DNA from: Candidatus Izemoplasmatales bacterium
Lineage (GTDB): Bacteria; Bacillota_I; Bacilli_A; Izemoplasmatales; Hujiaoplasmataceae
Direction: 5' to 3'
NCBI GenBank assembly: GCA_050949045.1
Contig: JBMNEZ010000001.1
Coordinates: 288,001 to 352,000 of the forward strand
Length of the DNA stretch: 64,000 bases
Part shown: in pieces, positions 19,261 to 29,265 of the stretch
How the letters are laid out: each line of letters begins with the position of its first letter
Numbering within the stretch: the stretch's first letter is position 1
Notes under the pieces: model-generated
What the model was told of the DNA's origin: nothing
Databases searched by the model: none
The model's input: only the letters and a program-made list of their open reading frames with translations
Made by a program: the position numbers and the translations under genes

Positions 19261-19293
19261 TTAGTTGACAACGCAACTAAGTTGCCATATACT
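19261..19293 (+). promoter_or_regulatory. Sigma-A promoter overlapped by a palindromic operator (probable MarR site)
   Basis: TTGACA (19265), 17 bp, TATACT (19288). Inverted repeat TTAGTTG-N6-CAACTAA covers the -35. Confidence 0.7.
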
Positions 19294-19323
19294 GGGTTAA
19301 AAGTGCTGAAGAGGAGAGAGTTT

Positions 19324-19749
19324 ATGCCAAGCAACTATGACCATCAATTAGCACGCTTCCGACACCGGTTTCTTGAAAAAAAGTACAATAGCTGCGGTCT
19401 TCAAAAACCGGATAGCTATTATTTGGTGATGATCGCCAGATTCCAATCGCTCAAACTGAGCCGCTTGATCAGGGAATCGCCGTTCCACAAGTCACATGCG
19501 ACAAGGACAATCAATCGATTGGTGAATCAGGGATTTATTACCAAGACTATTGATCCTGAGGATCATCGCGGGTATGTTGTTTCTGCCACAAGCAAAGGGA
19601 AAACAACGGCGCAAAGGGTCGAAGCCTTCCACAGGGAATGGCAAGACTTGATGGAAGCTCCCCTTTCCGAAACCGAGCTGGAGACAGTTTCAAAAATCAA
19701 AGAGAAAGTCCTTGCTTACTTAGAGAACCACTTCAAGGAGGAAGACTAA
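19324..19749 (+). CDS. MarR-family transcriptional regulator
   Basis: KSHATRTINRLVNQGFITKTIDPEDHR..TSKG winged helix, directly upstream of the ABC exporter. Confidence 0.88.
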   Translation: MPSNYDHQLARFRHRFLEKKYNSCGLQKPDSYYLVMIARFQSLKLSRLIRESPFHKSHATRTINRLVNQGFITKTIDPEDHRGYVVSATSKGKTTAQRVEAFHREWQDLMEAPLSETELETVSKIKEKVLAYLENHFKEED

Positions 19750-21597
19750 ATGAGGCTGATGTTCAAGTACGTAAAGCCTTATTGGAAGTCAGTGATCGTC
19801 ATTTTCATTTTGGTCACTCTAACTGCGATGGGGAACTTGCTTTTACCTAACTATATGAGCAAGATGATTGGGGAAGGTATCAAACCGGTCTACGAAACTT
19901 ATGATGAGTTGACCGGGACCTTTGTCAGCACGGATTACTGCGATGTGACGCAGAATCCCGATACTTGTCGGGTCGTTGGTCAGACCAGTGATTTGCGGGT
20001 GATTCTTAATTACGGACTGATCATGCTTTCTGTGACGCTCGGATCTTCGATAGCCTGGATCAGCCTAGCATATGTCTCTAGCCGCGTCGCGAGCCTCACC
20101 GGTAAGAGCATCCGCGAGGACTTGTATCGAAAAATCAGCAGTTTTTCATTGGCAGAAGCTGATTTGTACGGGACTTCAACGTTGATTACCCGTTCGACCA
20201 ACGATGTCATGCAGGTTCAAAACTACCTGATCATGTTTCTCAGGTTGGTTTTGAGGATTCCCATTATGTTCGTTGGTGCTTTGGTCATGAGCTGGCAGAA
20301 AGCCAGCGAACTGATGAATGTTCTCTTGATGGGTTTGCCGATTCTCGTCATCATCATCGCAGTAACTTTTGTTTTGGTCGTTCCCTTGTTCAGGGCGATC
20401 CAGAAAAAAGTTGACAACTTAACTAGGATCAGCCGTGAGGGGATCAAAGGCGTCAGGGTGATCCGTGCTTTTGGCAAAGGGGTTCGCGAAGTCAAACGTT
20501 TCAAAACCGCCAATGAGGATTTGACATCAACCATGATCAAGACCGGCAAGATCATGTCAATTTTGAATCCCGCCGTCAATCTGGTCTTCAGTGTTGTCAC
20601 TCTCGGCGTCGTTTTTCTGTCCTTTAAGGCAATAACTGGCGGCAACGCCTCGAATTACGCCGATCTCGCCAATGTCTCGGCGGTGATGCAATATTCATTC
20701 CAAGCGATGTTTTCGCTTTTGATGCTGACGATGACTTTCATCATGTACCCACGGGCACAGGTTTCTTCAGGCAGGATCAAGGAGATCCTCGAACAGAAGA
20801 TCATCGTGAAGGATGAAGGCGATCCTAAATATGATAATTATGACTTCAAAGGTGAAGTCAATTTCAATAACGTTTGTTTCAAGTATCAAGATGCCGAACA
20901 AAACGTGCTTGAAGGAATCACTTTTCAGGTCAACCCAGGCGAGACAGTCGCCTTAATCGGTTCGACTGGTTCCGGAAAATCGACGGCCATCAATCTTTTA
21001 CCAAGGTTTTTCGATGTGACCTGCGGTAGTATAACCATTGATGGTGTCGATATCAGGCAAATCAAACTAAATAAACTCCGCTCGCTGATGGGCTTTGTGC
21101 CCCAGACGGCAACCTTGTTTTCCGGTACAATAAAAGAAAACATCGCTTACGGCAAGCCAGATGCCACCCAGGAAGAAGTGGAATGGGCTGCCAAAGTCGG
21201 ACAAGCAGAGGAATTTATCACCCAAATTGACGAAGGTTACGATGCTTTTGTCGAGCAGGGAGGAGTCAATCTTTCTGGAGGTCAAAAGCAACGGCTGGCA
21301 ATCGCTAGGGCTTTAATCAGAAAACCAAAGATCTATGTCTTTGACGACAGTTTTTCAGCGCTCGATTTCATGACCGATGCCAAACTCAGAAAAGCATTGA
21401 GAGAAAATACCGCCGACGCGGCGGTGTTGATCGTCGCTCAAAGGATCGGCACGATCATGGATGCCGATCGAATCGTTGTGCTTCATGAAGGCAGAATCCA
21501 AGGCATTGGGACCCACAAAGAATTGCTTCAAACTTGTGAAGTATACCGCGAGATCGCGCTCTCGCAACTTACTGAGGAGGAACTTGCTCATGACTGA
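19750..21597 (+). CDS. Heterodimeric ABC exporter subunit A (degenerate site)
   Basis: TMD plus GSTGSGKS and LSGGQKQR, with degenerate Walker B FDDS and AQR switch (TM287-like). Confidence 0.93.
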   Translation: MRLMFKYVKPYWKSVIVIFILVTLTAMGNLLLPNYMSKMIGEGIKPVYETYDELTGTFVSTDYCDVTQNPDTCRVVGQTSDLRVILNYGLIMLSVTLGSSIAWISLAYVSSRVASLTGKSIREDLYRKISSFSLAEADLYGTSTLITRSTNDVMQVQNYLIMFLRLVLRIPIMFVGALVMSWQKASELMNVLLMGLPILVIIIAVTFVLVVPLFRAIQKKVDNLTRISREGIKGVRVIRAFGKGVREVKRFKTANEDLTSTMIKTGKIMSILNPAVNLVFSVVTLGVVFLSFKAITGGNASNYADLANVSAVMQYSFQAMFSLLMLTMTFIMYPRAQVSSGRIKEILEQKIIVKDEGDPKYDNYDFKGEVNFNNVCFKYQDAEQNVLEGITFQVNPGETVALIGSTGSGKSTAINLLPRFFDVTCGSITIDGVDIRQIKLNKLRSLMGFVPQTATLFSGTIKENIAYGKPDATQEEVEWAAKVGQAEEFITQIDEGYDAFVEQGGVNLSGGQKQRLAIARALIRKPKIYVFDDSFSALDFMTDAKLRKALRENTADAAVLIVAQRIGTIMDADRIVVLHEGRIQGIGTHKELLQTCEVYREIALSQLTEEELAHD

Positions 21598-23473
21598 TGA
21601 AAAAAGAAGCGATTCTTTGAAGTACTCCCGTGTGAAAAATATGCCTGTTCGAAGAGGGCGCGGTCCCGGACGAGGCATGGCCATTAGCGCACCTGCTGAA
21701 AAAGCGAAAGACTTCAAGGGAACCCTGCGGCGGTTACTAGCTTTCTTGAAACCGCAAGCTACTTTGCTTTTGATTATGCTTTTGTTTACTGTCTTTGTGA
21801 CTCTGATCAGCGTGATCACACCTAATTTCACAAGGCAGATATTGAATACTCTTCAAGCAATAATCGATGGCACCGCTGCCGTTGGTAGCGTCAATATGAT
21901 CAAAAGGTTGTTTATCATTACTATCATCTTGTATGTCATTAGCTTTTTGATGGAAGCGATCTCCCATCTGTTTGGCAACTATGTGAGCGCCAATGTTGGG
22001 AAAGGCTTCCGCAACGTTCTCAGGGAAAAACTTGAAAGACTGCCAATCAAATATTATGATGAAAACCAGACCGGCAACATTCTCTCGATCTTTGCCAATG
22101 ATGTCGATGTTGTCACCAATTCGCTCCAACAGAGCATCATTCAGGTCTTGCAGTCGCTTCTGACGATCATCGGCGTTCTCGTGATGATGTTCGTTATTTC
22201 CTGGAAATTAACGCTGATTACTTTGGTGCTCCTGCCTCTTTATGTGTTGACAACCACCATAATCGCCAAGCGCTCGCAGAAGCGGTTCATCAGACAACAG
22301 AACGAACTCGGGAATTTGAATGGGTACATCGAAGAAATGTACACCGCCCATAAGATTGTCAAACTCTTCAATAAGGAAGAAGACTCTTACCAAGAATTCA
22401 CCAAGGTCAACGATCGTTTGGCTAAGGAAAATCGGGGAGCACAATTTCTGAGCGGAATGATCAGACCGATCATGGAATTTATTAGCAATGTCGGCTATGT
22501 GGCCATCGTCATCGTCGGCGGTATCCTTGCCGGAGGGATGAACCCGATTCTGATTGGCGATATCGCCATCTTTGTCACTTATCACCGCCGCTTTATGAAC
22601 CCGATCTTGAATCTGGCAAATCTCGTCAATATGCTCCAATCGGCGATCGCCGGCGCCGAACGGATCTTCGAACTTGTGGATGCTCCCGAGAAAGTGCCTG
22701 AACAGGATCTCGTCACGATTGATCTTAACAAAGTCAAGGGCAAAGTCGTCTTTGAGGATGTTGATTTTGATTATACCGAGGGTCAGAATCTTATCAGGGA
22801 TCTGAACCTTGAAGCCTTACCGGGAAAACAGATCGCCATTGTCGGCCCCACCGGAGCCGGCAAGACGACGATCGTCAATCTCCTGATGCGTTTCTACGAG
22901 ATCGACAAGGGAACGATCAAAATTGATGATGTCGCTTCGACCGATGTCAGAAGAAGCGAACTTAGGAAAATGTTCGGCATGGTGCTCCAGGACACCTGGC
23001 TCTTCTCCGGAACCATTAGGGAAAACGTTGCCTACGGCAAGGACGACGCCACCTTGGAAGAAGTGATCGAGGCCTGTAAACAAGCCCACATCCACCATTT
23101 TATTGAAACCTTGCCCAAGGGGTACGATACAATCCTCAATGAGGACGCTTCAAACATCAGCCAGGGGCAGAAGCAATTGCTCACGATCGCGAGGGCAATC
23201 CTCTTCAATCCAAGGATCTTGATTCTTGATGAGGCGACTTCATCGGTCGACACTAGGACCGAAGCATATATTCAAAACGCAATGAAATACATGAGCGAAG
23301 GTAAGACGAGTTTTGTGATCGCTCACCGGCTCTCGACCATCAAGCGGGCTTCGACGATCTTGGTCATGAACCAAGGCAAAATCATCGAACAGGGAACGCA
23401 CACAGAATTGCTCGAGAAAAAAGGTTTCTATTACAACATGTATCAGTCTCAATTCAACTATCTTCAAATTTAG
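21590..23473 (+). CDS. Heterodimeric ABC exporter subunit B
   Basis: TMD plus GPTGAGKT, ISQGQKQ, LDEATSSVD, AHRLS (TM288-like). Confidence 0.93.
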   Translation: MTDEKRSDSLKYSRVKNMPVRRGRGPGRGMAISAPAEKAKDFKGTLRRLLAFLKPQATLLLIMLLFTVFVTLISVITPNFTRQILNTLQAIIDGTAAVGSVNMIKRLFIITIILYVISFLMEAISHLFGNYVSANVGKGFRNVLREKLERLPIKYYDENQTGNILSIFANDVDVVTNSLQQSIIQVLQSLLTIIGVLVMMFVISWKLTLITLVLLPLYVLTTTIIAKRSQKRFIRQQNELGNLNGYIEEMYTAHKIVKLFNKEEDSYQEFTKVNDRLAKENRGAQFLSGMIRPIMEFISNVGYVAIVIVGGILAGGMNPILIGDIAIFVTYHRRFMNPILNLANLVNMLQSAIAGAERIFELVDAPEKVPEQDLVTIDLNKVKGKVVFEDVDFDYTEGQNLIRDLNLEALPGKQIAIVGPTGAGKTTIVNLLMRFYEIDKGTIKIDDVASTDVRRSELRKMFGMVLQDTWLFSGTIRENVAYGKDDATLEEVIEACKQAHIHHFIETLPKGYDTILNEDASNISQGQKQLLTIARAILFNPRILILDEATSSVDTRTEAYIQNAMKYMSEGKTSFVIAHRLSTIKRASTILVMNQGKIIEQGTHTELLEKKGFYYNMYQSQFNYLQI

Positions 23474-23495
23474 CGGACCGCAAGATCCGCTTTTG
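23472..23495 (+). terminator. Intrinsic terminator after the ABC operon
   Basis: agcgga..tccgct followed by tttg. Confidence 0.65.
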
Positions 23496-23556
23496 ACTTT
23501 ATCTTTTCTTTTCAAGCGTTTATAATAATTACTATCCGATCGTAAGGAGATAATCC

Positions 23557-24852
23557 ATGAAAGTTGCCTTCATCTCGCTTGGTTGCGCCAAAAATCTCGT
23601 TGACACGGAATTCATCCTAGGCGTCCTTAGAAAGGCCGGCATCACACTTGTGAATGAAATCGGGTCCGCCGATGTGATAATGATCAACACCTGCGGGTTC
23701 ATCAAACCGGCAAAAGAAGAGACACTGGCCACAATCGAGGAGATGCATGGTTACGGCAAAAAAATCATCGTTCTCGGCTGCTATGCCGAGAGATACCGGA
23801 ACGAATTGGAAAAAACGATGCCGTTCATCGAGAAGGTCATCACGCTCAAGGATTATCCCAGAATCCATCTCATTCTCGAAAACCTTTTTCGCGATCGATC
23901 CTTGAAGTTTCAGCCTTTGAACTATGAGAACCGGATTTTGACAGGAAACAAGGAGACAGCTTATGTCAAAATCGGCGATGGCTGCGACAATCGCTGCAGC
24001 TATTGCGCCATTCCCCTGATCAGGGGGGGTTATCGCTCACGAGATCTTCAAGAGATCATCGATGAATGCCGTCATCTCGTAAAAAACGGAACGAAAGAGA
24101 TCAATCTGATCAGCCAGGATACCTCGCGTTACGGCAGCGATTTCCCTGATCGGATATCGCTTGTGACGCTGATCCGCGAATTGAGCGCGATCGAGGGGCT
24201 TTGGTTAATCCGCTTGCTCTATCTCTATCCCGAAGAAATCACCGACCAACTGATTGAAGAAGTCAGAACCAATCCGCTTGTCGCCCACTATTTTGATATT
24301 CCGATCCAACATATCGTTCCCGGCATCCTCAAGCGGATGAACCGTCGCGGTAACGACATAGTCATCAAGGGATTATGGAAAAAAATCAGGACAGTAATAC
24401 CCGATGCCATCATCCGCACGACCTTGATCGTCGGTTTCCCCGGAGAAAGCGAAGCCGATTTCCAGCAACTCCTCGAGTTTATCGGGAATTATCCTTCAGA
24501 CAGGCTTGGCGCGTTCGTTTATTCTCGGGAGGAAGACACTCCGGCATTTGCTTATCCTGACCAAATTGACACAAAGACCAAAAACGACAGGCTGGACCGA
24601 ATCATGGGAGCGCAAAGACAAATTGCCAGAAGACTTTCCCGACAAAAAGCGGGAACGATCCAGGAGACACTCATCGAAGCCTATGATGAGGATTCCGGAT
24701 TCTATTACGGAAGAAGCTACGCCTTCGCCCCCGACGATGTCGACGGGTATATCGTCTTTCAGTCTAAAAAAACACTCAGGATCGGCGACATTGTGAAAGT
24801 ATCAATTAAAGAAGCGATCATGTATGATCTCATCGGAGACGCAATTTACTAA
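23557..24852 (+). CDS. rimO: Ribosomal protein S12 methylthiotransferase
   Basis: SLGCAKNLVDTE, NTCGFI, GCDNRCSYCAIP radical-SAM motif, TRAM domain ending YDLIG. Confidence 0.93.
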   Translation: MKVAFISLGCAKNLVDTEFILGVLRKAGITLVNEIGSADVIMINTCGFIKPAKEETLATIEEMHGYGKKIIVLGCYAERYRNELEKTMPFIEKVITLKDYPRIHLILENLFRDRSLKFQPLNYENRILTGNKETAYVKIGDGCDNRCSYCAIPLIRGGYRSRDLQEIIDECRHLVKNGTKEINLISQDTSRYGSDFPDRISLVTLIRELSAIEGLWLIRLLYLYPEEITDQLIEEVRTNPLVAHYFDIPIQHIVPGILKRMNRRGNDIVIKGLWKKIRTVIPDAIIRTTLIVGFPGESEADFQQLLEFIGNYPSDRLGAFVYSREEDTPAFAYPDQIDTKTKNDRLDRIMGAQRQIARRLSRQKAGTIQETLIEAYDEDSGFYYGRSYAFAPDDVDGYIVFQSKKTLRIGDIVKVSIKEAIMYDLIGDAIY

Positions 24853-24862
24853 GGAGAATAAT

Positions 24863-25786
24863 ATGACTTTTCTGGTTTTGATGTTAAAAGGTTTTGTCAT
24901 CGGCATTGCTTTCATCGTTCCCGGTGTCAGCGGCGGTACCGTCGCTTTGTATCTTGGTTTGTATGACAAACTCTTGAAGGCCATCGGCGATATCTTCAAG
25001 AATTTCAAAGAAAGCCTCAAACTTTTAGTTCCTGTTTTTCTTGGCGCCGCCATTTCTGTCATTGGTCTTGCGTGGCTGCTCGGCCTTTTGATTGACAAAA
25101 ACTCGTTTGTCGTCCTGATGCTTTTCATCGGTCTGATCATCGGTGGAATTCCCGCTTTGCTGGATCAGATCGCCGTCAAGGAGAAAATCAAATCCGCCAT
25201 CATCCCATTTGTGCTCTCTTTTTTGATTGTGGTTGGTCTGCTTTTTGCCGACAAATTATTATCGCCCACCGCCAGAGGCGACTTCAGTATCAGCGCCGGC
25301 AGTTTCTTTCTGGTGTTTGCCCTGGGATTGGTAGCCTCAGTAACGATGGTCATTCCCGGTGTCTCGGGATCCGCTCTTTTGATGATGCTTGGTTACTATA
25401 CGGCAATCGTGACGAACGTCGTCGGCGGTATCTTTGATTTTTCCAGGTTTGGCTATAATATGTTCATCTTGATCCCCTTTGCGCTTGGAATCGCTGTCGG
25501 GATCATCCTTACCAGCAAGTTTCTTGGGAAAATGCTTTCCCTTCATCCGGTTGAATCCTACGGCGCAATCATCGGCTTTGTGCTCGCATCTGTGATCGGG
25601 ATCTTTCTCGAGATCCGTGATCCGGCCTCCGGCCTCACCCATTCCGTCCAAACACCGATCGTTGATGATTTTGGCGGTTTCATCCAAGCCAATCCTTGGT
25701 CGTTAGTTTTTGGTCTGTTGGCTTTTGGCATCGGTTTCTTTGTAACCTATTGGTTTTTGCCAAGATCGCAAAAACCAAAAACATAG
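24863..25786 (+). CDS. DUF368 family membrane protein
   Basis: Duplicated PGVSGG / PGVSGS motifs and many TM helices. Confidence 0.9.
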   Translation: MTFLVLMLKGFVIGIAFIVPGVSGGTVALYLGLYDKLLKAIGDIFKNFKESLKLLVPVFLGAAISVIGLAWLLGLLIDKNSFVVLMLFIGLIIGGIPALLDQIAVKEKIKSAIIPFVLSFLIVVGLLFADKLLSPTARGDFSISAGSFFLVFALGLVASVTMVIPGVSGSALLMMLGYYTAIVTNVVGGIFDFSRFGYNMFILIPFALGIAVGIILTSKFLGKMLSLHPVESYGAIIGFVLASVIGIFLEIRDPASGLTHSVQTPIVDDFGGFIQANPWSLVFGLLAFGIGFFVTYWFLPRSQKPKT

Positions 25787-25864
25787 GCAAGCGAACTTTT
25801 GTTAGGGCGCAAAGTAAATTAACAAAAAATAAGTTGAACCACTTTTATCCTTTAAAAGGAGCGA

Positions 25865-27046
25865 ATGAAATTGGTTAGACCCGAAGAACTGAAAGAACTT
25901 GAAAAATACATCATCAGCGAGCGCCGCTATTTGCATATGCATCCCGAGGTGGGATTTGCGGTCGCTGACACCCACGACCATATCGCTAACGAACTTGACA
26001 AACTCGGGATTATCGTCCACCGCCATGTCGGTCTTAACTCGGTGGTGGGCGTGATTGAAAACAAAAAAGGGCCCACCCTTGGACTTCGGGCAGATACTGA
26101 TGCTCTCCCGCTCGAGGAATTGAATGAGGTCGTGTATAAATCAAAGAATCTCGGTAAAATGCATGCTTGCGGACATGACGCACATACGGCGATGCTGCTT
26201 GGGGCAGCCAAGTACCTTGTAAATAACAAGGACAAGTGGCGCGGGACATTGAAACTCTTTTTTCAAGAAGCCGAGGAGGGACCTCACCCCGGAGGAGCCA
26301 AAGGCATCATTGATTCAGGGCTTGTAGATGACGTTGACTACGTCTTCGCCCTCCATGTTTCTCCCGAATATCCCACGGGTACTTTCGCCATCAAGGAAGG
26401 AGTCGCCTTTGCCTCTGCCTCTACTTTCAGGATCTATTTGAGGGGCAAAGGCTGCCACGGCGCCTATCCGCAACTTGGCATCAATCCTTTGATCGTACAG
26501 GCGGAAGTAGTCAAGAACATTCAAAAAATCGTTTCCGAAAAACTACCGCCTCGAGATAAAGCGGTCATCTCGGTGACTCAGGTTCACGGGGGAACGACTC
26601 ACAACATCATTCCGGATGATGTTTTTCTCGAGGGAACGATTCGCTGTTTCAGTTCTTCGGCCAAGGCCTTGATCAAAGCGGAATTCGAGCGGATTCTCCA
26701 AGCCGCCTCCAAAAAGCATGGCAACACCTACGAATTTCAATTCATTGAGGATTACGATGTCCTCATCAATACCGCAGATGCCTTTTCCCGTTTTCAAAAC
26801 ACCGTGACCTCGCTTTTCGGAGAAAGAGCTTTCAAAGAACTCGAAACCCCTACAATGGTAGGCGAAGATTTTTTCCGCTACATCAACAAGGCTAAAAGCG
26901 GCGCCATCTGTTGGCTCGGCACCAAAAATGATGAAAATACCGGCAACAGTCTTCACAGCCCGCGGTTCAATATCGACGAAAGCGCCCTCGTCAAAGGAGC
27001 GGCCGTCCTTATCAATTTAATCACAAACTATAAAAGGAGCGAATAA
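25865..27046 (+). CDS. M20 family amidohydrolase
   Basis: RRYLHMHPE, LRADTDALP, MHACGHDAH, GEDF, LHSPRF. Confidence 0.92.
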   Translation: MKLVRPEELKELEKYIISERRYLHMHPEVGFAVADTHDHIANELDKLGIIVHRHVGLNSVVGVIENKKGPTLGLRADTDALPLEELNEVVYKSKNLGKMHACGHDAHTAMLLGAAKYLVNNKDKWRGTLKLFFQEAEEGPHPGGAKGIIDSGLVDDVDYVFALHVSPEYPTGTFAIKEGVAFASASTFRIYLRGKGCHGAYPQLGINPLIVQAEVVKNIQKIVSEKLPPRDKAVISVTQVHGGTTHNIIPDDVFLEGTIRCFSSSAKALIKAEFERILQAASKKHGNTYEFQFIEDYDVLINTADAFSRFQNTVTSLFGERAFKELETPTMVGEDFFRYINKAKSGAICWLGTKNDENTGNSLHSPRFNIDESALVKGAAVLINLITNYKRSE

Positions 27047-27047
27047 A

Positions 27048-28223
27048 ATGTATTTGATCAAGAATGCCAATCTCATCAGCATGAAAGACATCAACTACAA
27101 GATCACGGATATTCTTATTGACGAGGGAAAGATCAAAGCCATCGGGAAAATCGATGGCAAAGACTATCTTGATGCCGTGGTGATCGATGCCGACAAACGG
27201 TTTGTGACCCCGGGCATCGTCGATCCTCACTGTCATATCGGCGTGTATGAGGAAGCGATCGGCTTCGAGGGGACAGACGTCAATGAGATGACCAACCCGG
27301 TTTTCCCTGAACTAAGGGCGATCGACGCGGTCAAACCCCAGGACGTTGCTTTCAGAGAAGCTCTGGAAGCCGGCGTCACCACCGTCTGTACCGGCCCCGG
27401 CAGCGCCAATGTCATCGGGGGCACCTTCTGCGTGCTCAAGACTTTCGGTCAAACCGTTGATGATATGGTGGTCGTCAAGGAATCATCGATGAAGATGGCG
27501 CTCGGCGAAAATCCCAAACGAATCTACAACGGCAAAGCCCAGTCACCTTCCACAAGAATGGCTTCCGCGGCTCTGATCCGCGAAGCGCTAACCAAAGCCA
27601 AGGAGTATCAGGCCAAAAAAGAAAAATACAACCGGGATCTCGCCGAAGGCAAAGAAGCGAACAAACCTGAATTCAATATGAAATGGGAATCATTGGCCCG
27701 CGTTTTTTCAGGGTTCCCGGTCAAGATCCACGCGCACCAGCAGGACGACATCGCGACTGCGATCAGGATCGCCGAGGAATTCGGCTTGAATATGACCATT
27801 GAGCACGCCACCGAGGGACACTTGATCGCCGATTATCTCGTCAAGCACGATCAACCTGTCATCATCGGCCCGACACTCGGATCGAAATCCAAGTACGAAG
27901 TGCGGAACAAGACTTTCAAAGCAGCGAAGATACTGAGCGATAAGCATGTCAAGTTCGCAATCATGACCGATCATCCGGTCGTCCATCTTGCCAATGCCCT
28001 GACCCAGGTCGGGATTTTTGTCAGAGAGGGGCTTTTGGAAATCGAGGGTCTGCGCGCGGTCACCCTCTACGCCGCCGAAATCAACAATATCCAGGATCGG
28101 GTCGGTTCGATCGAGATCGGTAAGGACGCTGATATCGTCATTTGGGATGGCCATCCTCTCCATTACCTGACAAAAACCGATTACGTTTTTGTAAACGGCA
28201 ACCTCGTTCATCAAAAAAACTAA
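27048..28223 (+). CDS. Metal-dependent amidohydrolase (imidazolonepropionase-like)
   Basis: PGIVDPHCH, KMALGENPK, TDHP, VGSIEIGKDADIV. Confidence 0.88.
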   Translation: MYLIKNANLISMKDINYKITDILIDEGKIKAIGKIDGKDYLDAVVIDADKRFVTPGIVDPHCHIGVYEEAIGFEGTDVNEMTNPVFPELRAIDAVKPQDVAFREALEAGVTTVCTGPGSANVIGGTFCVLKTFGQTVDDMVVVKESSMKMALGENPKRIYNGKAQSPSTRMASAALIREALTKAKEYQAKKEKYNRDLAEGKEANKPEFNMKWESLARVFSGFPVKIHAHQQDDIATAIRIAEEFGLNMTIEHATEGHLIADYLVKHDQPVIIGPTLGSKSKYEVRNKTFKAAKILSDKHVKFAIMTDHPVVHLANALTQVGIFVREGLLEIEGLRAVTLYAAEINNIQDRVGSIEIGKDADIVIWDGHPLHYLTKTDYVFVNGNLVHQKN

Positions 28224-28225
28224 AG

Positions 28226-28260
28226 AAAAAGACACTCTATTATTGAAGTGTCTTATTTTT
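28226..28260. terminator. Bidirectional terminator between the amidohydrolase and ppa
   Basis: aaaaagacact..agtgtctt flanked by A and T tracts. Confidence 0.65.
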
Positions 28261-28752
28261 CGACTGTTTGTCCCTGAACCGTTTCCGGCAGGCTTCAATC
28301 AGTTTCATGGCAGCGGTTTTCGGATAATAGTCCAAAACCTCGACCTGGTGTTCAGGCATGAGTTCTTTATAGTTTCTAAAAAACAGTTTGATTTCCCTGA
28401 GCTGCAACTCCTTGATGTCGGTGATCTCATTGATGTCGTCGAATCTCGGGTCGGCATCCACGACAGCGATTATTTTCTGGTCGCGCTCGCCCAAATCGAT
28501 CATGTCCAAATAACCGACGACGCGGGCATCGACGACACAGCCGGCGAAGGTTTGCGTCGTCGCAAGTACGAGGATATCAAGCGGATCGCCATCTTCAGCG
28601 ATAGTATCCTCGATATAACCGTATTCCGCGGGATAGGTCATTTTTGAGTAAAGCACACGGTTTAGTTTGATGCGGTTTTTGGCCTTGTCGATTTCGTATT
28701 TGTTCTGTGTCCCCATCGGGATCTCGATGATTGCTTCGATGACATTTTCCAT
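28240..28752 (-). CDS. ppa: Family I inorganic pyrophosphatase
   Basis: EIPMG..NKYE, YPAEYGYI, DGDPLD, DQKIIAV. Confidence 0.94.
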   Translation of the reverse strand: MENVIEAIIEIPMGTQNKYEIDKAKNRIKLNRVLYSKMTYPAEYGYIEDTIAEDGDPLDILVLATTQTFAGCVVDARVVGYLDMIDLGERDQKIIAVVDADPRFDDINEITDIKELQLREIKLFFRNYKELMPEHQVEVLDYYPKTAAMKLIEACRKRFRDKQSKNKTLQ

Positions 28753-28848
28753 CTGTTTTGTTTTCCTCCCTTGCAATGGCAGATTTTTACTGATACTGCT
28801 TGAAACAGAAAAAAATATGATAAAATATATTTATTAGAGGTGCATACG

Positions 28849-29265
28849 ATGTATAACTTAGTTTTCCTCAGTCTGAGTAATCTTAACTCAATCAGACCAG
28901 TTTTTGTCGCTATGGAGATGACCTATTTGTGGGTGGCGTTAGGCATTGCCATTTTTATCGGCGTCTACTTGGCTTACCGGCTGCTTTTCTCAAAGAAAGC
29001 CCGTTTGCCGGAGCTGACTCAAGAAGAAACCGATGCCTATCTCGCTACGCTTGGTGGCATAGACAACATCAAATCGGTTCAACTCGACGGGTCCCGGCTC
29101 CGGTTTGAAGTGAGAAATCTCAAACTATGCGACTATCAAGGGTTAAAAAATCTTGGAGCGGCCGGCATCTTTGTTTCAGGCCAACAGGTCAAATTCATGT
29201 TAAAGGATAAAGCTCAGGCCCTCAAAACTGGGATTGATTCCATAAAGGATAGTGATAGACGATGA
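28849..29265 (+). CDS. Membrane-anchored PTS EIIB-like protein lacking the catalytic Cys
   Basis: One TM helix, then LGGIDNIKSVQLDGSRLRFEV (EIIB-Glc fold, normally CxTRLR). Confidence 0.75.
   Translation: MYNLVFLSLSNLNSIRPVFVAMEMTYLWVALGIAIFIGVYLAYRLLFSKKARLPELTQEETDAYLATLGGIDNIKSVQLDGSRLRFEVRNLKLCDYQGLKNLGAAGIFVSGQQVKFMLKDKAQALKTGIDSIKDSDRR

Noticed and set aside
19159..19323. N-terminal extension of MarR in the ORF track
   Set aside because: It overlaps degV and the promoter. The RBS supports ATG 19324. Similar over-extended starts were trimmed for alaS, yqeK, ABC subunit B and fumarase beta.
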